From positions 1 to 51,118 of the forward strand of contig JANPJT010000019.1 of assembly GCA_031425635.1 (NCBI GenBank): 51,118 bases of DNA. The letters are read 5' to 3'. Source of the stretch: Pseudomonadota bacterium (GTDB lineage Bacteria > Bdellovibrionota > FAC87 > UBA2466). Made by a program: the position numbers and the translations under genes. The notes beneath the pieces are model-generated. The model did no database searches. It had not been told where the DNA came from and saw only the letters and a list, made by a program, of their open reading frames with translations. Positions 28,684 through 39,067 of the stretch are shown piece after piece. Numbering within the stretch: position 1 is the first letter of the stretch; each line of letters opens with the position of its first letter.

Positions 28684-29367
28684 ATGGAAATTTCCGAAAG
28701 TTTGAACATTCTCTATGAAGACAACCACCTCGTTGTCGTTTTGAAAGCTGCGGGGATAGCCGTGCAGGGAGATTCCACTTCGGCCCCCAGCCTTTTGGAG
28801 CTCGTTCGGGCCGATTTAGTCAAACGCTACGCCAAAAAAGGGAATGCTTTTGTTGGCCTGGTGCACCGCCTGGATCAGCCGGTTTCGGGGGTGATCGTAT
28901 TTGCTAAAACTTCTAAAGGGGCTAGCCGGCTTTCCGAGCAAGTGCGAAACCGGGGTTTTCGAAAAATCTACCAGGCGGTGGTCGAAGGTCGCCTGACGGG
29001 AAATGAGCGCAAGGTAATCCATTTCCATCGGGCTCCTGAAGACGGCCCCGTTTCTGTGACTGACGATGAGGTGCCGGGGTCAAAGCGTGCCGAGCTTTTG
29101 CTGCGCCCTCTCCAATCGGGTGAAGAGCGATCGCTGGTGGAAGTGGACTTACTCACCGGTAGGAAACACCAAATACGCGCGCAGCTGGCGCGCTTGGGCC
29201 ACCCTATTCTGGGGGATTTTAAGTATGGTTCGCGCACTGCCTTCCAACCCGGGGCCATTGCTTTGCATGCAGTGTCCTTAGAGTTTCGCAACCCCGTTAA
29301 ACCGGACGAAAGCATTCGAGTCCTGTCGCCCACCCCTCCGGAGCAAGCGTGGCAGTCTTGGCTTTGA
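28684..29367 (+). CDS. RluA-family pseudouridine synthase
   Basis: 227 aa from MEISESLNILYEDNHLVVVLKAAG. The catalytic motif is HRLDQPVSGVIVFAKT, and GRKHQIRAQLA is present. Confidence 0.88.
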   Translation: MEISESLNILYEDNHLVVVLKAAGIAVQGDSTSAPSLLELVRADLVKRYAKKGNAFVGLVHRLDQPVSGVIVFAKTSKGASRLSEQVRNRGFRKIYQAVVEGRLTGNERKVIHFHRAPEDGPVSVTDDEVPGSKRAELLLRPLQSGEERSLVEVDLLTGRKHQIRAQLARLGHPILGDFKYGSRTAFQPGAIALHAVSLEFRNPVKPDESIRVLSPTPPEQAWQSWL

Positions 29368-30332
29368 ATGCACTCCAAGCAGCAGCCGCTCGGAGGGCAG
29401 GCCTTCGAGCGCGCCTTGGCGATGAAGGCACCGATTGCTACCGCCTATTCAATGCCTCGGCCGATGGCATTGAGGGCTTGGTGATTGAGGTGTTTGGCAA
29501 GGTGGGTTTTTTTCAGCTGCACCAGGGAAAGCTTTCCCTTTCCGAAAACGAGCTTTTAGTTTTGGCGAAGTGGTGCGGGGAAAACTTGGTGCTCGATAGT
29601 ATCTACGCAAAACGGTTTATCACGGACCGTTCCCACAGTGTTCCAGAAGAGTCCCTGCGGGATCCCAACCCTCTCTGGGGGGCTGTCTCGCCCCCTGTGA
29701 TCGCGGCCAAAGAAAACGGCCTTTCGCTCCTCATACGCCCCTATGATGGCTTCTCGGTGGGGCTATTTTTAGATCAACGGCTGAACCGAAAGCGCCTCGC
29801 GGAATGTGCTCCGCCCGAGGGAAAAGTTTTAAACCTTTTTGCGTATACGTGCGCCTTTTCGGTCGCTGCCGCGGCCCGCGGCGCCGTGGTGACCAGCGTC
29901 GACGTGTCGTCGAAGTACCTGGCGTGGGGGCAAGAAAACTTTAAAGCAAACTCCCTCAGTCCGGAGAAGCACCGCTTTTTTGCGACCGACGCGCGGCTCT
30001 TCCTTCGAGGGGCGATGAAGCGAGGGGAAAAGTATTCGGTGATTGTGCTCGACCCGCCTAGCTTCGCACGCGGAAAGAACAATGAGCCCTTTTCTGTGCG
30101 CAAGGATTTAGCGAGCGTCTTAAAAGACTGCGGCACTCTCCTCGAACCGAAGGGCACACTGTTTGTTTCAACGAATTTATCGACTTGGAATAATGAAGAG
30201 CTAGAAAACGCCGTCCAAAGATCTTTAGGAGAGGTGGAGTATCTCACTCCACCGCCCCTTCCCGAAGACTACGCGCGTGGCGTAGCGCCCCTTACTTATC
30301 GCTGGCTGCGACGAGTGAACGGCCTTCGGTAG
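29349..30332 (+). CDS. Class I SAM-dependent methyltransferase (RlmI/RlmK-like rRNA methyltransferase)
   Basis: 327 aa. VLNLFAYTCAFSVAAA...VTSVDVS...VIVLDPPSFAR is typical of the RlmI-like family. The start is GTG or TTG near 29349-29364. The 3' end overlaps the convergent rplC by 41 nt. Confidence 0.75.
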   Translation: MAVLALNALQAAAARRAGLRARLGDEGTDCYRLFNASADGIEGLVIEVFGKVGFFQLHQGKLSLSENELLVLAKWCGENLVLDSIYAKRFITDRSHSVPEESLRDPNPLWGAVSPPVIAAKENGLSLLIRPYDGFSVGLFLDQRLNRKRLAECAPPEGKVLNLFAYTCAFSVAAAARGAVVTSVDVSSKYLAWGQENFKANSLSPEKHRFFATDARLFLRGAMKRGEKYSVIVLDPPSFARGKNNEPFSVRKDLASVLKDCGTLLEPKGTLFVSTNLSTWNNEELENAVQRSLGEVEYLTPPPLPEDYARGVAPLTYRWLRRVNGLR

Positions 30333-30975
30333 TTTTACCTTTGATAGCAAGTCGCACGAGGACTTTGCTGCTACGCGATCCTGGAATTCCGCCTCGCACA
30401 AAGAGGAGGTTTTCTTCTGGCTTCACATCGACCACGGTGAGGCCTTGGATAGTCGACCGAACGTCGCCCATGTGTCCAGGCATCCCTTTGTTCTTCATGA
30501 TTCGGCCAGGGAAAGTGTTTGTACCGGCTGAGCCGGGGTGACGGAAGTATTCGTGCGTGCCGTGCGTCGCATCTTTACCGTGGAACCCAAACCGCTTGAT
30601 GACGCCCGCAAAGCCACGCCCTTTAGACGTTCCAACGACATCCACTTTATCGCCTTTTTGGAACATGGAAACGGAGAGCTCCGTGCCAAGCTTTAGAGGA
30701 GCGACGTCGTCCTCTTTAGCGAGGCGGATTTCTTCGATGTACTGCTTTGCTTTGCTCGAGGCCTTCTTAAAGTGCCCGGCCTTTGCCTTCTTCACATTTT
30801 GTGGCTTCACTTCGCCGAAAGCCAACTGGACGGCTGTGTAGCCGTCCGTGTCTTGGGTCTTTACCTGGGATACGATGCATCCCGAAGTGTCGATGACCGT
30901 GATGGGGACCAAAAAGCCCTTCTCATCAAAAACCGCCGTCATGCCTACTTTTCTACCGAGGATTCCAATTCTCAT
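30292..30975 (-). CDS. rplC: 50S ribosomal protein L3, encoded outside any S10 operon context
   Basis: 227 aa. MRIGILGRKVGMTAVFDEKG...VDVVGTSKGRGFAGVIKRFGF..KDATHG...PGR...GHMG aligns along the whole length to bacterial L3. There is no rpsJ upstream and no rplD downstream. Confidence 0.92.
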   Translation of the reverse strand: MRIGILGRKVGMTAVFDEKGFLVPITVIDTSGCIVSQVKTQDTDGYTAVQLAFGEVKPQNVKKAKAGHFKKASSKAKQYIEEIRLAKEDDVAPLKLGTELSVSMFQKGDKVDVVGTSKGRGFAGVIKRFGFHGKDATHGTHEYFRHPGSAGTNTFPGRIMKNKGMPGHMGDVRSTIQGLTVVDVKPEENLLFVRGGIPGSRSSKVLVRLAIKGKTTEGRSLVAASDK

Positions 30976-31008
30976 TATTTTTTCCCTAACTGAAATAAAT
31001 GCTCATCG

Positions 31009-31037
31009 TTATTACGGTACTTAGCCCAGGCGGGCAA
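31009..31037 (-). promoter_or_regulatory. Candidate sigma70-type promoter for the isolated rplC
   Basis: The minus strand reads TTGCCC (31037-31032)-N17-TAATAA (31014-31009), about 33 nt upstream of the rplC ATG, within an AT-rich 340-bp divergent intergenic region. Confidence 0.3.
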
Positions 31038-31235
31038 CCTTTTTGTTGGATGAGTTAACGGGAAATGCGATCTGGCGAAAAAACTCAATTAGTCTAATAA
31101 ATTCAGCACTATAAAATTTACCCTACGTTAACAAAAATTAATCAAATCCCTCGGGCAGCCCATTTTCATTTTGTCAGACTATCTCGATTAGTTGAGGCTG
31201 ACACCATGGGTTGAGGTTGAAGGTCTTAAGCCGAG

Positions 31236-31261
31236 CTACCAGCGACGGGGGTCGCTGGTAG
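31236..31261 (+). promoter_or_regulatory. Perfect 11-bp stem / GGGG-loop hairpin in the leader of the C25 peptidase gene
   Basis: CTACCAGCGAC (31236-31246) gggg GTCGCTGGTAG (31251-31261). It ends 55 nt upstream of the start at 31317 and has no U-run after it. Confidence 0.5.
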
Positions 31262-31316
31262 GCTCGCCAAGATCGCAGGCGACGTTCCTACGACGGCGCT
31301 TTTCTTGGGGTAGGGC

Positions 31317-33464
31317 ATGGTCCGTCTACGGGTGGGTTTTGTCTCTGTCTTTTGTTTTTCTCTGCTTTCAATGGCAGAGTCCGGTTTTGTTCCTTTAGCT
31401 GAACTGCCGAAAGAACTCTGGGCTCCTGCGCAGTCACCCTCCGGCTACCAAAAGGTTGCCGAAGGAAATATCCGAGTGGGAGAGCCTGCCTTTCGGCCGG
31501 CATCGCAAGCTCGAACACGCTTAAGCGTCGAAGGCGCTCTCGCCCTTCGATTGGAAACGCTACCTGAGCTGCCCTATTTCGAAAAGCGGTTTTCTTTCCC
31601 GTCCGGGTCAGAATTTAAAGTGGTGGCAAAGGTGGCCCAAGTGTCTCAGTCCCAAGGGGCCGTGCCTCTTTGGGTCGTTCCCGAGACCCAGTTTTGGAGC
31701 CCGGACCCTGCCTTTAGATTTGCGGCGCCCGGCGGGACCCAGCGGTTTTTTCCGGGGAAGTTTGCCGAAGTCGTTTCTCGCAAAGGCGAAGCGATTGTCC
31801 ACTTCTACCCGTTCCAGTGGGATACGCTCACCGGTGAACTCATCCAGGTCAAAGAAATTTCCGTGGACGTCTATTCTAAGGTACAGGAGTCGGCGGCTTT
31901 GCCTGCTGCGGCTCCGCTTAGCATTATTGTCGTGCCCGATGCGCAAGTAGCGATGGCTAAGGACCTGAAAGATTACCATGCAAGAAGCTCCGGAGTTGTT
32001 TCAGAAATCGTGACGGTGGAGGAAGTGGAGCGGACCCAAATCGAAGTTGCGGAAACCGAACTTCCTGAAGGTTACAAGAACCGCAAGCTGGGCGATGAAG
32101 CGGTCCAGCCTTTTAATGCCTCCACTGGGAAGGGGTACCGTTATTCTACCGCCCGGAAACTCATTTCCTACTTCCGCTCCCGCCTCGGCAATGGCCTTAA
32201 GTACATCACGCTCGTGGGGGACGCGGACGCCATTCCTCCTAGCTACTACTTCAGTGTTCGCTCTGGGTTTGGCGCAAAATTTGGAGTGACGGACCAGTGT
32301 TATGCCGCAGTGAATGAGTGTTTGGAGCCACAAGCCGTCGTGGGGCGGTTGCCGTTTGCAAACCGCTCTCAAATGAAAGCCCACCTTTCCAAAGTCGACC
32401 GGTGGCAAGCGCAGGCCGCTACCACTGCGAGCGAGCTTGCGCTTTTTGGTGGTAAACCCTTTGACGGTCCATTCTATTTTGGAGAGTTGGGAACGCTGCG
32501 CGCTCTGCAGGCGGACGCCGACTGGCGAGGGGTTAAGAAGTTCTATCGCACCAAGAAAAACTACGATCGCGCGGCAGTTCTCTCCCTCGTGCGGGGAGGG
32601 ATGGCAAGTAACCTTGCGTTTAATTTAGACCACGGTAGCGGCAATCGATGGCACGTCGATAATCAAAGCGTCACCTCGGACGAAATCCTCGCCGCCTCTC
32701 ACGGGGGGGAGCTGGTAAACCCCGCTATTTTCTCCATCGCGTGCACCAATGCCGCCTTCGACGAGACCCTCACTAAAGAAGATATTTTCGGTGATGCGCG
32801 GGCGGGAACGGTTTCGGTGGGCGTCGCGCTTTTACAATCCTTGGCCGGGGCAGTGGCTTATTTTGGTTCGTCCAGGCCGGCGCTGGGCTCTCCCGTATTC
32901 GACATCGATTCCAGAGGGAACTTGGAGCTCATGGACAGTAACCACGCCATGAAGCTTTTGGAAGTGGCCTTGGAGAACTACCGACGTAAGGGGGAAGGGC
33001 GTTTGGGAGATTTCGTGCTCGAAGCCTTGCTCCGCTATTCGCTTGACCCCGTGTCGTCCCTTTCGAAAGATCGGTTCCGCTGGACCTATTTTAACGCTGC
33101 CTTCCTAGGGGATCCCGTGATGCAAATGCCTCGAAGGAAAAGGGACAGAGCGGCACTCCCGATTGCTGAAGCACTCGATGAAATTGAGGAAGCTTTTACG
33201 GGGTACTTTCCCCTTCTCGAAATGCAGGGCAGCGACCCGGGGGCGCTCCGGTTTCAAAGCGCAACGACGGTAGAGGCGACGCTTTACCAACAACGGAGCT
33301 TTGGCTCGCACATTATCGAGCAGGTGTTTAGTAGGGCAACTTACCCCGCCGGCACGAGCGATCTCGCTCTGGCTGAAAACGGAAAAGGCCAGAACCACTT
33401 CATTCGGTTAGAAAACAAAGTGGGGGCACCTTTAGAAAGGCAAGTTTGGTTTAAAGTTCAGTAG
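31317..33464 (+). CDS. Secreted peptidase C25 (gingipain-like, clan CD) family protein
   Basis: 715 aa. Signal peptide MVRLRVGFVSVFCFSLLSMA. ITLVGDADAIPPSYYF is typical of C25. The candidate catalytic dyad is His in NLDHGSGNRW and Cys in IFSIACTNAAFD. Confidence 0.65.
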   Translation: MVRLRVGFVSVFCFSLLSMAESGFVPLAELPKELWAPAQSPSGYQKVAEGNIRVGEPAFRPASQARTRLSVEGALALRLETLPELPYFEKRFSFPSGSEFKVVAKVAQVSQSQGAVPLWVVPETQFWSPDPAFRFAAPGGTQRFFPGKFAEVVSRKGEAIVHFYPFQWDTLTGELIQVKEISVDVYSKVQESAALPAAAPLSIIVVPDAQVAMAKDLKDYHARSSGVVSEIVTVEEVERTQIEVAETELPEGYKNRKLGDEAVQPFNASTGKGYRYSTARKLISYFRSRLGNGLKYITLVGDADAIPPSYYFSVRSGFGAKFGVTDQCYAAVNECLEPQAVVGRLPFANRSQMKAHLSKVDRWQAQAATTASELALFGGKPFDGPFYFGELGTLRALQADADWRGVKKFYRTKKNYDRAAVLSLVRGGMASNLAFNLDHGSGNRWHVDNQSVTSDEILAASHGGELVNPAIFSIACTNAAFDETLTKEDIFGDARAGTVSVGVALLQSLAGAVAYFGSSRPALGSPVFDIDSRGNLELMDSNHAMKLLEVALENYRRKGEGRLGDFVLEALLRYSLDPVSSLSKDRFRWTYFNAAFLGDPVMQMPRRKRDRAALPIAEALDEIEEAFTGYFPLLEMQGSDPGALRFQSATTVEATLYQQRSFGSHIIEQVFSRATYPAGTSDLALAENGKGQNHFIRLENKVGAPLERQVWFKVQ

Positions 33465-33471
33465 AGAAAGA

Positions 33472-33888
33472 TCACTCGTCGATTTTTCCGCCACGGGCGA
33501 TCTTTTCGAGGAACGCTCGTTCCGCTTCCGGTTCTTCTTCCAAGGCCTGGGTAAGATCCAAGGTTTCCATGGTTTTTTTGAACGAGTCTTCGTCCTCAAT
33601 GCCGGCCTTGATACGCTCAAGGTAGTCATCGGGGTAGCGCTTCGCTAGTCGGTCAACGTAGGCGTTCAGTCGGCGCTCAGCCTTCACTTTGTCGTTTTCT
33701 TTGATTTCGCGCCAATGAGAAAAGTAGTGAAGACGGCAGTAGCCTTGCGAGATTCCGGGCTTACGGCAGCCTTTTGCTAAGCATGACGGCGCTCGTTTTT
33801 TGGTCTTTTTAGGCTTAGCCTCAGCGGTCTCTGGGGCGGCGCTTTTTTTTGCTCTGGTCTTTTTCACAGCATCCCCTTCATAACGCAT
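33472..33888 (-). CDS. Small basic protein with a C-X4-C-X9-C-X2-H zinc-knuckle-like motif and an acidic C-terminus
   Basis: 138 aa. The N-terminus is Lys-rich, CLAKGCRKPGISQGYCRLHY is present, and the tail is acidic. It lies 29 nt downstream of the GT2 gene on the same strand. Confidence 0.55.
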   Translation of the reverse strand: MRYEGDAVKKTRAKKSAAPETAEAKPKKTKKRAPSCLAKGCRKPGISQGYCRLHYFSHWREIKENDKVKAERRLNAYVDRLAKRYPDDYLERIKAGIEDEDSFKKTMETLDLTQALEEEPEAERAFLEKIARGGKIDE

Positions 33889-33917
33889 ATCGGCACCAAT
33901 TGCTTTAGCCTTGAGGG

Positions 33918-34676
33918 CTAAAGTGATTCTTTTGCCGAACGCAAAACGAGTGAAGGGTTACCTGAAAGTCGGATCTTCGGTATCTCAATGAAATAATTAA
34001 ATAATTTTGAAAGATCCGCGGCTAGCGACGAGGCGGGGGGCAAGCATAGAGAACCGGAAACCACTTCCTTTAGCTGCCCTGGATCGGCCAAAAACAACTT
34101 CAAAGTGAGTCCTAGGTTCACGGATTCGGAAGTTTTGGGCAAGCCGTTCAAGTGTTCGAGCATCACGCTCCGGCGGCAAAGGCGGAAGTTCGAGTCCGGT
34201 TCGGTTAGCTCGGTGCCGAACCAGATTTTAGTCCACCGCCTTAAAAGCCATGAGACCAATCGGTGGCTTGCGTTCCCTGGAGAGGGGTGATGGCCCACGA
34301 TGAAATCGTGCTTTTGCCTCAGCTGCCAAAGGGGCTCTAAACCCTCTAGCCAGGGAATTTGGTCTAGGTCGAGCTGGAGAAAGTAAACGCCTCGGGAGAG
34401 GTCAATCCCGCGACGGACTGCTTTTGCTTGGCCTGAATGCAGTTGGTGTGTCACTCGAACGTTGGGAAACTCTTTCCGAAGTCGATCGAGTATTCGGACG
34501 CTGCCGTCCGTGGATCCATCGTTGATGAGGATCGTTTCAAAAGCTTCAGTCGTTTTGCTGATCAGGCGGATGCAGTCGCGTACCGCTTGGTCCAGGATAT
34601 CCGCCTGGTTAAAACACCGGATAAGAACTGAAAGTTCCGGATTCGCCGAATTAGGCCGAGAAAACACAGCACCCAT
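33918..34676 (-). CDS. Family 2 glycosyltransferase
   Basis: LSVLIRCFNQ...ILINDGSTDGS is the GT2 N-terminal signature, with a DxD-like QLDLDQ. ATG 34676 is preferred. The alternative GTG 34721 has its AGGAG directly abutting the start. Confidence 0.8.
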   Translation of the reverse strand: MGAVFSRPNSANPELSVLIRCFNQADILDQAVRDCIRLISKTTEAFETILINDGSTDGSVRILDRLRKEFPNVRVTHQLHSGQAKAVRRGIDLSRGVYFLQLDLDQIPWLEGLEPLWQLRQKHDFIVGHHPSPGNASHRLVSWLLRRWTKIWFGTELTEPDSNFRLCRRSVMLEHLNGLPKTSESVNLGLTLKLFLADPGQLKEVVSGSLCLPPASSLAADLSKLFNYFIEIPKIRLSGNPSLVLRSAKESL

Positions 34677-34699
34677 GGTTACGCCCCGGACCAGTATAA

Positions 34700-36199
<1,500 letters not shown>

Positions 36200-36208
36200 G
36201 AGGAACGG

Positions 36209-37744
36209 ATGCAGTCGTGCCCTGTCATTATTCTGGATTTCGGTTCGCAGTTCACCCAGCTTATCGCTAGGTCCGTGAGGTCCTTGGGCGTTTATTGCGA
36301 GATCGTGCCCTATAGCGTGACCTCGGCCAGCCTCAGAGCCCGTAACCCCCGAGCGCTGATTCTATCGGGCGGCCCCTCCAGCGTTTCGGACGCAAAGGCC
36401 CCGAAAATTTTTAAGTCCGTTCTGGAAATGGATTTACCTGTGCTCGGGATCTGCTACGGGATGCAGCTCATCTCGAACTTGCGTAAAGGCAAAGTAGTGC
36501 AAGGGCACTCCCGCGAGTATGGTTCTGCAGAAATTGAAATTTTAAAAGCGGAGGGGATATTCAAAGGCTTTCCCGTCGCTAAAAAAATCCCGGTGTGGAT
36601 GAGCCACGGCGACAGTGTCGGCACCCTGCCTCCGGGCGCCGAGCTTTTGGCTCGCAGCGGGGGGTGCCCTGTGGCCGCCCTCCGGTTGGGGAAGCTGTAT
36701 GCCGTACAGTTTCACCCGGAAGTTTCGCACACTGAAATGGGCAGCCGCTTGCTGTCGAATTTCCTCTTCGAAATTGCGGGAGTCAAAGCCGATTGGAAGA
36801 TGGGCAACTTTTTTGAGTTGAAATCTGCGGAAGTTCTGGGGCGCGTCGGGAATGCCGAAGTGATTGGTGGAGTCAGTGGCGGAGTGGACTCGACTTTACT
36901 CGCGGCATTTCTGGGGAAAATTTTAGGGAAGAGATTCCACCCTGTTTTGGTGGATAATGGATTAATGCGTAAAAATGAGGCGAAGGAAGTCTCGGGTTTT
37001 CTCAAAGCCATGGGCGTGCCGTTGAAAGTGGTGGATGCCAAATCCCTTTTCTTGAACCGTTTAAAACGCGTCACCGATCCGGAAAAAAAGCGAAAAATCA
37101 TTGGGAAGACTTTTATTGAAGTCTTCGATCGGGAATGTAAGCGGTTAAAGAAAGTGCGCTTTCTCGCCCAGGGGACGCTGTATCCGGATGTCATTGAGAG
37201 CGTTTCTGTGAAGGGGCCGAGCCACACCATCAAAACTCACCACAATGTGGGGGGGTTGCCTAAGGAAATGAAGCTCTCTCTGATTGAGCCGTTCCGCGAA
37301 TTGTTCAAAGATGAAGTGCGGGCCTTGGGGGGAGAACTGAATGTGCCGAAAGACCTGATCCACCGGCACCCGTTTCCGGGTCCCGGCCTTGCGGTGAGGA
37401 TTCTTGGCGAAGTCACTCCTGCACGGCTTGCGTTACTCCGTGAAGCGGACGCCATCTTCACGCAAGAGCTTCGCTCGAGCGGTGAGTACTCGAAAATTTG
37501 GCAAGCGTTTGTGGTTCTCCTTCCGATCCAATCGGTCGGCGTGATGGGCGACTCTCGCACTTACGAGTCGGTGGTTTCTTTGCGGGCGGTGACTAGCCGA
37601 GACGGGATGACGGCCGACTGGTACCCCTTCGAGAAATCGCTGCTTTCCAAAGTATCTTCTCGCATTATTAATGAAGTCGAAGGCATCAACCGCGTTGTTT
37701 ACGACATTTCTTCTAAGCCGCCCGCGACCATCGAGTGGGAGTAG
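36209..37744 (+). CDS. guaA: GMP synthase (glutamine-hydrolysing)
   Basis: 511 aa. GATase motif GICYGMQL, the ATP-PPase P-loop VSGGVDST and a C-terminal ...PPATIEWE. Confidence 0.98.
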   Translation: MQSCPVIILDFGSQFTQLIARSVRSLGVYCEIVPYSVTSASLRARNPRALILSGGPSSVSDAKAPKIFKSVLEMDLPVLGICYGMQLISNLRKGKVVQGHSREYGSAEIEILKAEGIFKGFPVAKKIPVWMSHGDSVGTLPPGAELLARSGGCPVAALRLGKLYAVQFHPEVSHTEMGSRLLSNFLFEIAGVKADWKMGNFFELKSAEVLGRVGNAEVIGGVSGGVDSTLLAAFLGKILGKRFHPVLVDNGLMRKNEAKEVSGFLKAMGVPLKVVDAKSLFLNRLKRVTDPEKKRKIIGKTFIEVFDRECKRLKKVRFLAQGTLYPDVIESVSVKGPSHTIKTHHNVGGLPKEMKLSLIEPFRELFKDEVRALGGELNVPKDLIHRHPFPGPGLAVRILGEVTPARLALLREADAIFTQELRSSGEYSKIWQAFVVLLPIQSVGVMGDSRTYESVVSLRAVTSRDGMTADWYPFEKSLLSKVSSRIINEVEGINRVVYDISSKPPATIEWE

Positions 37745-38526
37745 CTTCCTAGCTGAGTTCGGGCTTCCCAAAGTTCGGGAAAGAACCTTTTTTTCAAAGT
37801 CGTTCGCAAATAACCGACGCCTAGCGAGCCGCCCGTTCCCATTTTCATCCCAATCATCCGTTCCACCATCTGCACGTGCCTAAAGCGCCAAAGCTCTACT
37901 TGCTCGTCGAATCGGATGAGCCCCTCACACAAAGAACGTACGGGAGAGTCGGGGAGTTGGTGCTCATAAATTTTTTGGAGCGCTTCGGCGGAGTTGGTTC
38001 CGGCGGTTTGGATCACGCTAAAAAAAGCCTGTCGGAGCGTGCGTTTTTTTAGACGAGCTTCGAGTTTGCCTTTCCATTCTGGGTTGAGTTCCAGGAATTT
38101 CGAGTACTCGGCAGGATCCATTCCACACAAAAGCTCAAGCTCCCGAAATTGGAGGCTCTGGAAACCACTTGCGGGGTTTAAGTGCTCTCTAAACCGGTTA
38201 AACTCACTTGGCATCATGGTTTCTAAAACATCGACTTGCGAGATAAGCACCCGCATGATTTCACTGACTCGTTCCAGCCGACGAATGGAGCGAATAAAAT
38301 CGGGTTTTTCGAGCAGTAAAGTGACGTTGTCTAACTCAAACAAAATCTGTTTGAACCAAAGCTCGTACACTTGATGGATCACGATAAAAAGAAGTTCGTC
38401 GTGAGCTGTCGAAAGTGGCTTTTGCAAAGCGAGTAGGTCGTTTACTTTTAAGTAGCTTGAGTAAGTCAGGCGAGACTTTATCGGAGTTTCCACGGCTAAC
38501 ACCCTCCCCAAAGGCATAGGAACCAC
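37699..38526 (-). CDS. kynA: Tryptophan 2,3-dioxygenase
   Basis: 275 aa. LTYSSYLKVNDLLALQKPLS..HDELLFIVIHQVYELWFKQILFEL is the TDO signature. The start may be ATG 38517. The 3' end overlaps guaA by 46 nt (convergent). Confidence 0.9.
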   Translation of the reverse strand: MVPMPLGRVLAVETPIKSRLTYSSYLKVNDLLALQKPLSTAHDELLFIVIHQVYELWFKQILFELDNVTLLLEKPDFIRSIRRLERVSEIMRVLISQVDVLETMMPSEFNRFREHLNPASGFQSLQFRELELLCGMDPAEYSKFLELNPEWKGKLEARLKKRTLRQAFFSVIQTAGTNSAEALQKIYEHQLPDSPVRSLCEGLIRFDEQVELWRFRHVQMVERMIGMKMGTGGSLGVGYLRTTLKKRFFPELWEARTQLGSYSHSMVAGGLEEMS

Positions 38527-38698
38527 GTACTATTTTGATATGGCACTTCCCAGGTCTGCGCAAGTTCCTAATCCTTTTGGTTTTTCTGAGGGCGCCCGAT
38601 TTTTTAAGGTTCTATTTACCTCAGGCCCTCCGTCGGCCGATAGGTTAATGGGGCTGTGTTTAGTTAACGCAGTGCGAAAGGTATTTTCAGGTTAAAAC

Positions 38699-39067
38699 AT
38701 GAAACCAACGCTCATCATCGTCGACGACGTAAAAGCCATTCGCGAGAAGCTGAGTGCGGCTTTGGAGCGCGATTTTGAAGTGCTAGGCCTGGCGTCTAGC
38801 GCTGAAGAAGCGCTCACGCTGTGTCGTTCCACCAACCCGGACCTGGTTTTGATGGATCTCGTGATGCCTAAGGTGTCCGGCATCGACGCGACAGTGGCGC
38901 TTCTTCAGCTAGCGCCAAACGCTAAAGTGGTTATCTTAAGTGCGTTGCACGATGAAAACACCGTCCTGCGCGCTTTTGAAGCGGGGGCGACCGAGTACCT
39001 GGTTAAGCCGGTCTCCGAAAAGAAAATCCGCGAAGTCCTCTTAGGCTTGGTCCGCAAAGCTGCTTAG
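38699..39067 (+). CDS. Single-domain response regulator (CheY-like)
   Basis: 122 aa. LIIVDDV..., DLVLMDLVMP (phospho-acceptor Asp), ILSAL and EYLVKP. Confidence 0.9.
   Translation: MKPTLIIVDDVKAIREKLSAALERDFEVLGLASSAEEALTLCRSTNPDLVLMDLVMPKVSGIDATVALLQLAPNAKVVILSALHDENTVLRAFEAGATEYLVKPVSEKKIREVLLGLVRKAA

Noticed and set aside
28584-28728. 93-nt divergent overlap of rsmG and the RluA-family gene implied by the longest ORFs
   Set aside because: This is an artefact of N-terminal over-extension. The conserved N-termini begin at internal Mets (rsmG at or before 28659, rluA-family at 28684).
38541-38559. Sigma54 promoter (TGGCAC) upstream of the CheY-like gene
   Set aside because: The -12 element is wrong: at the required spacing the sequence is GT, not GC, and there is no TTGC.
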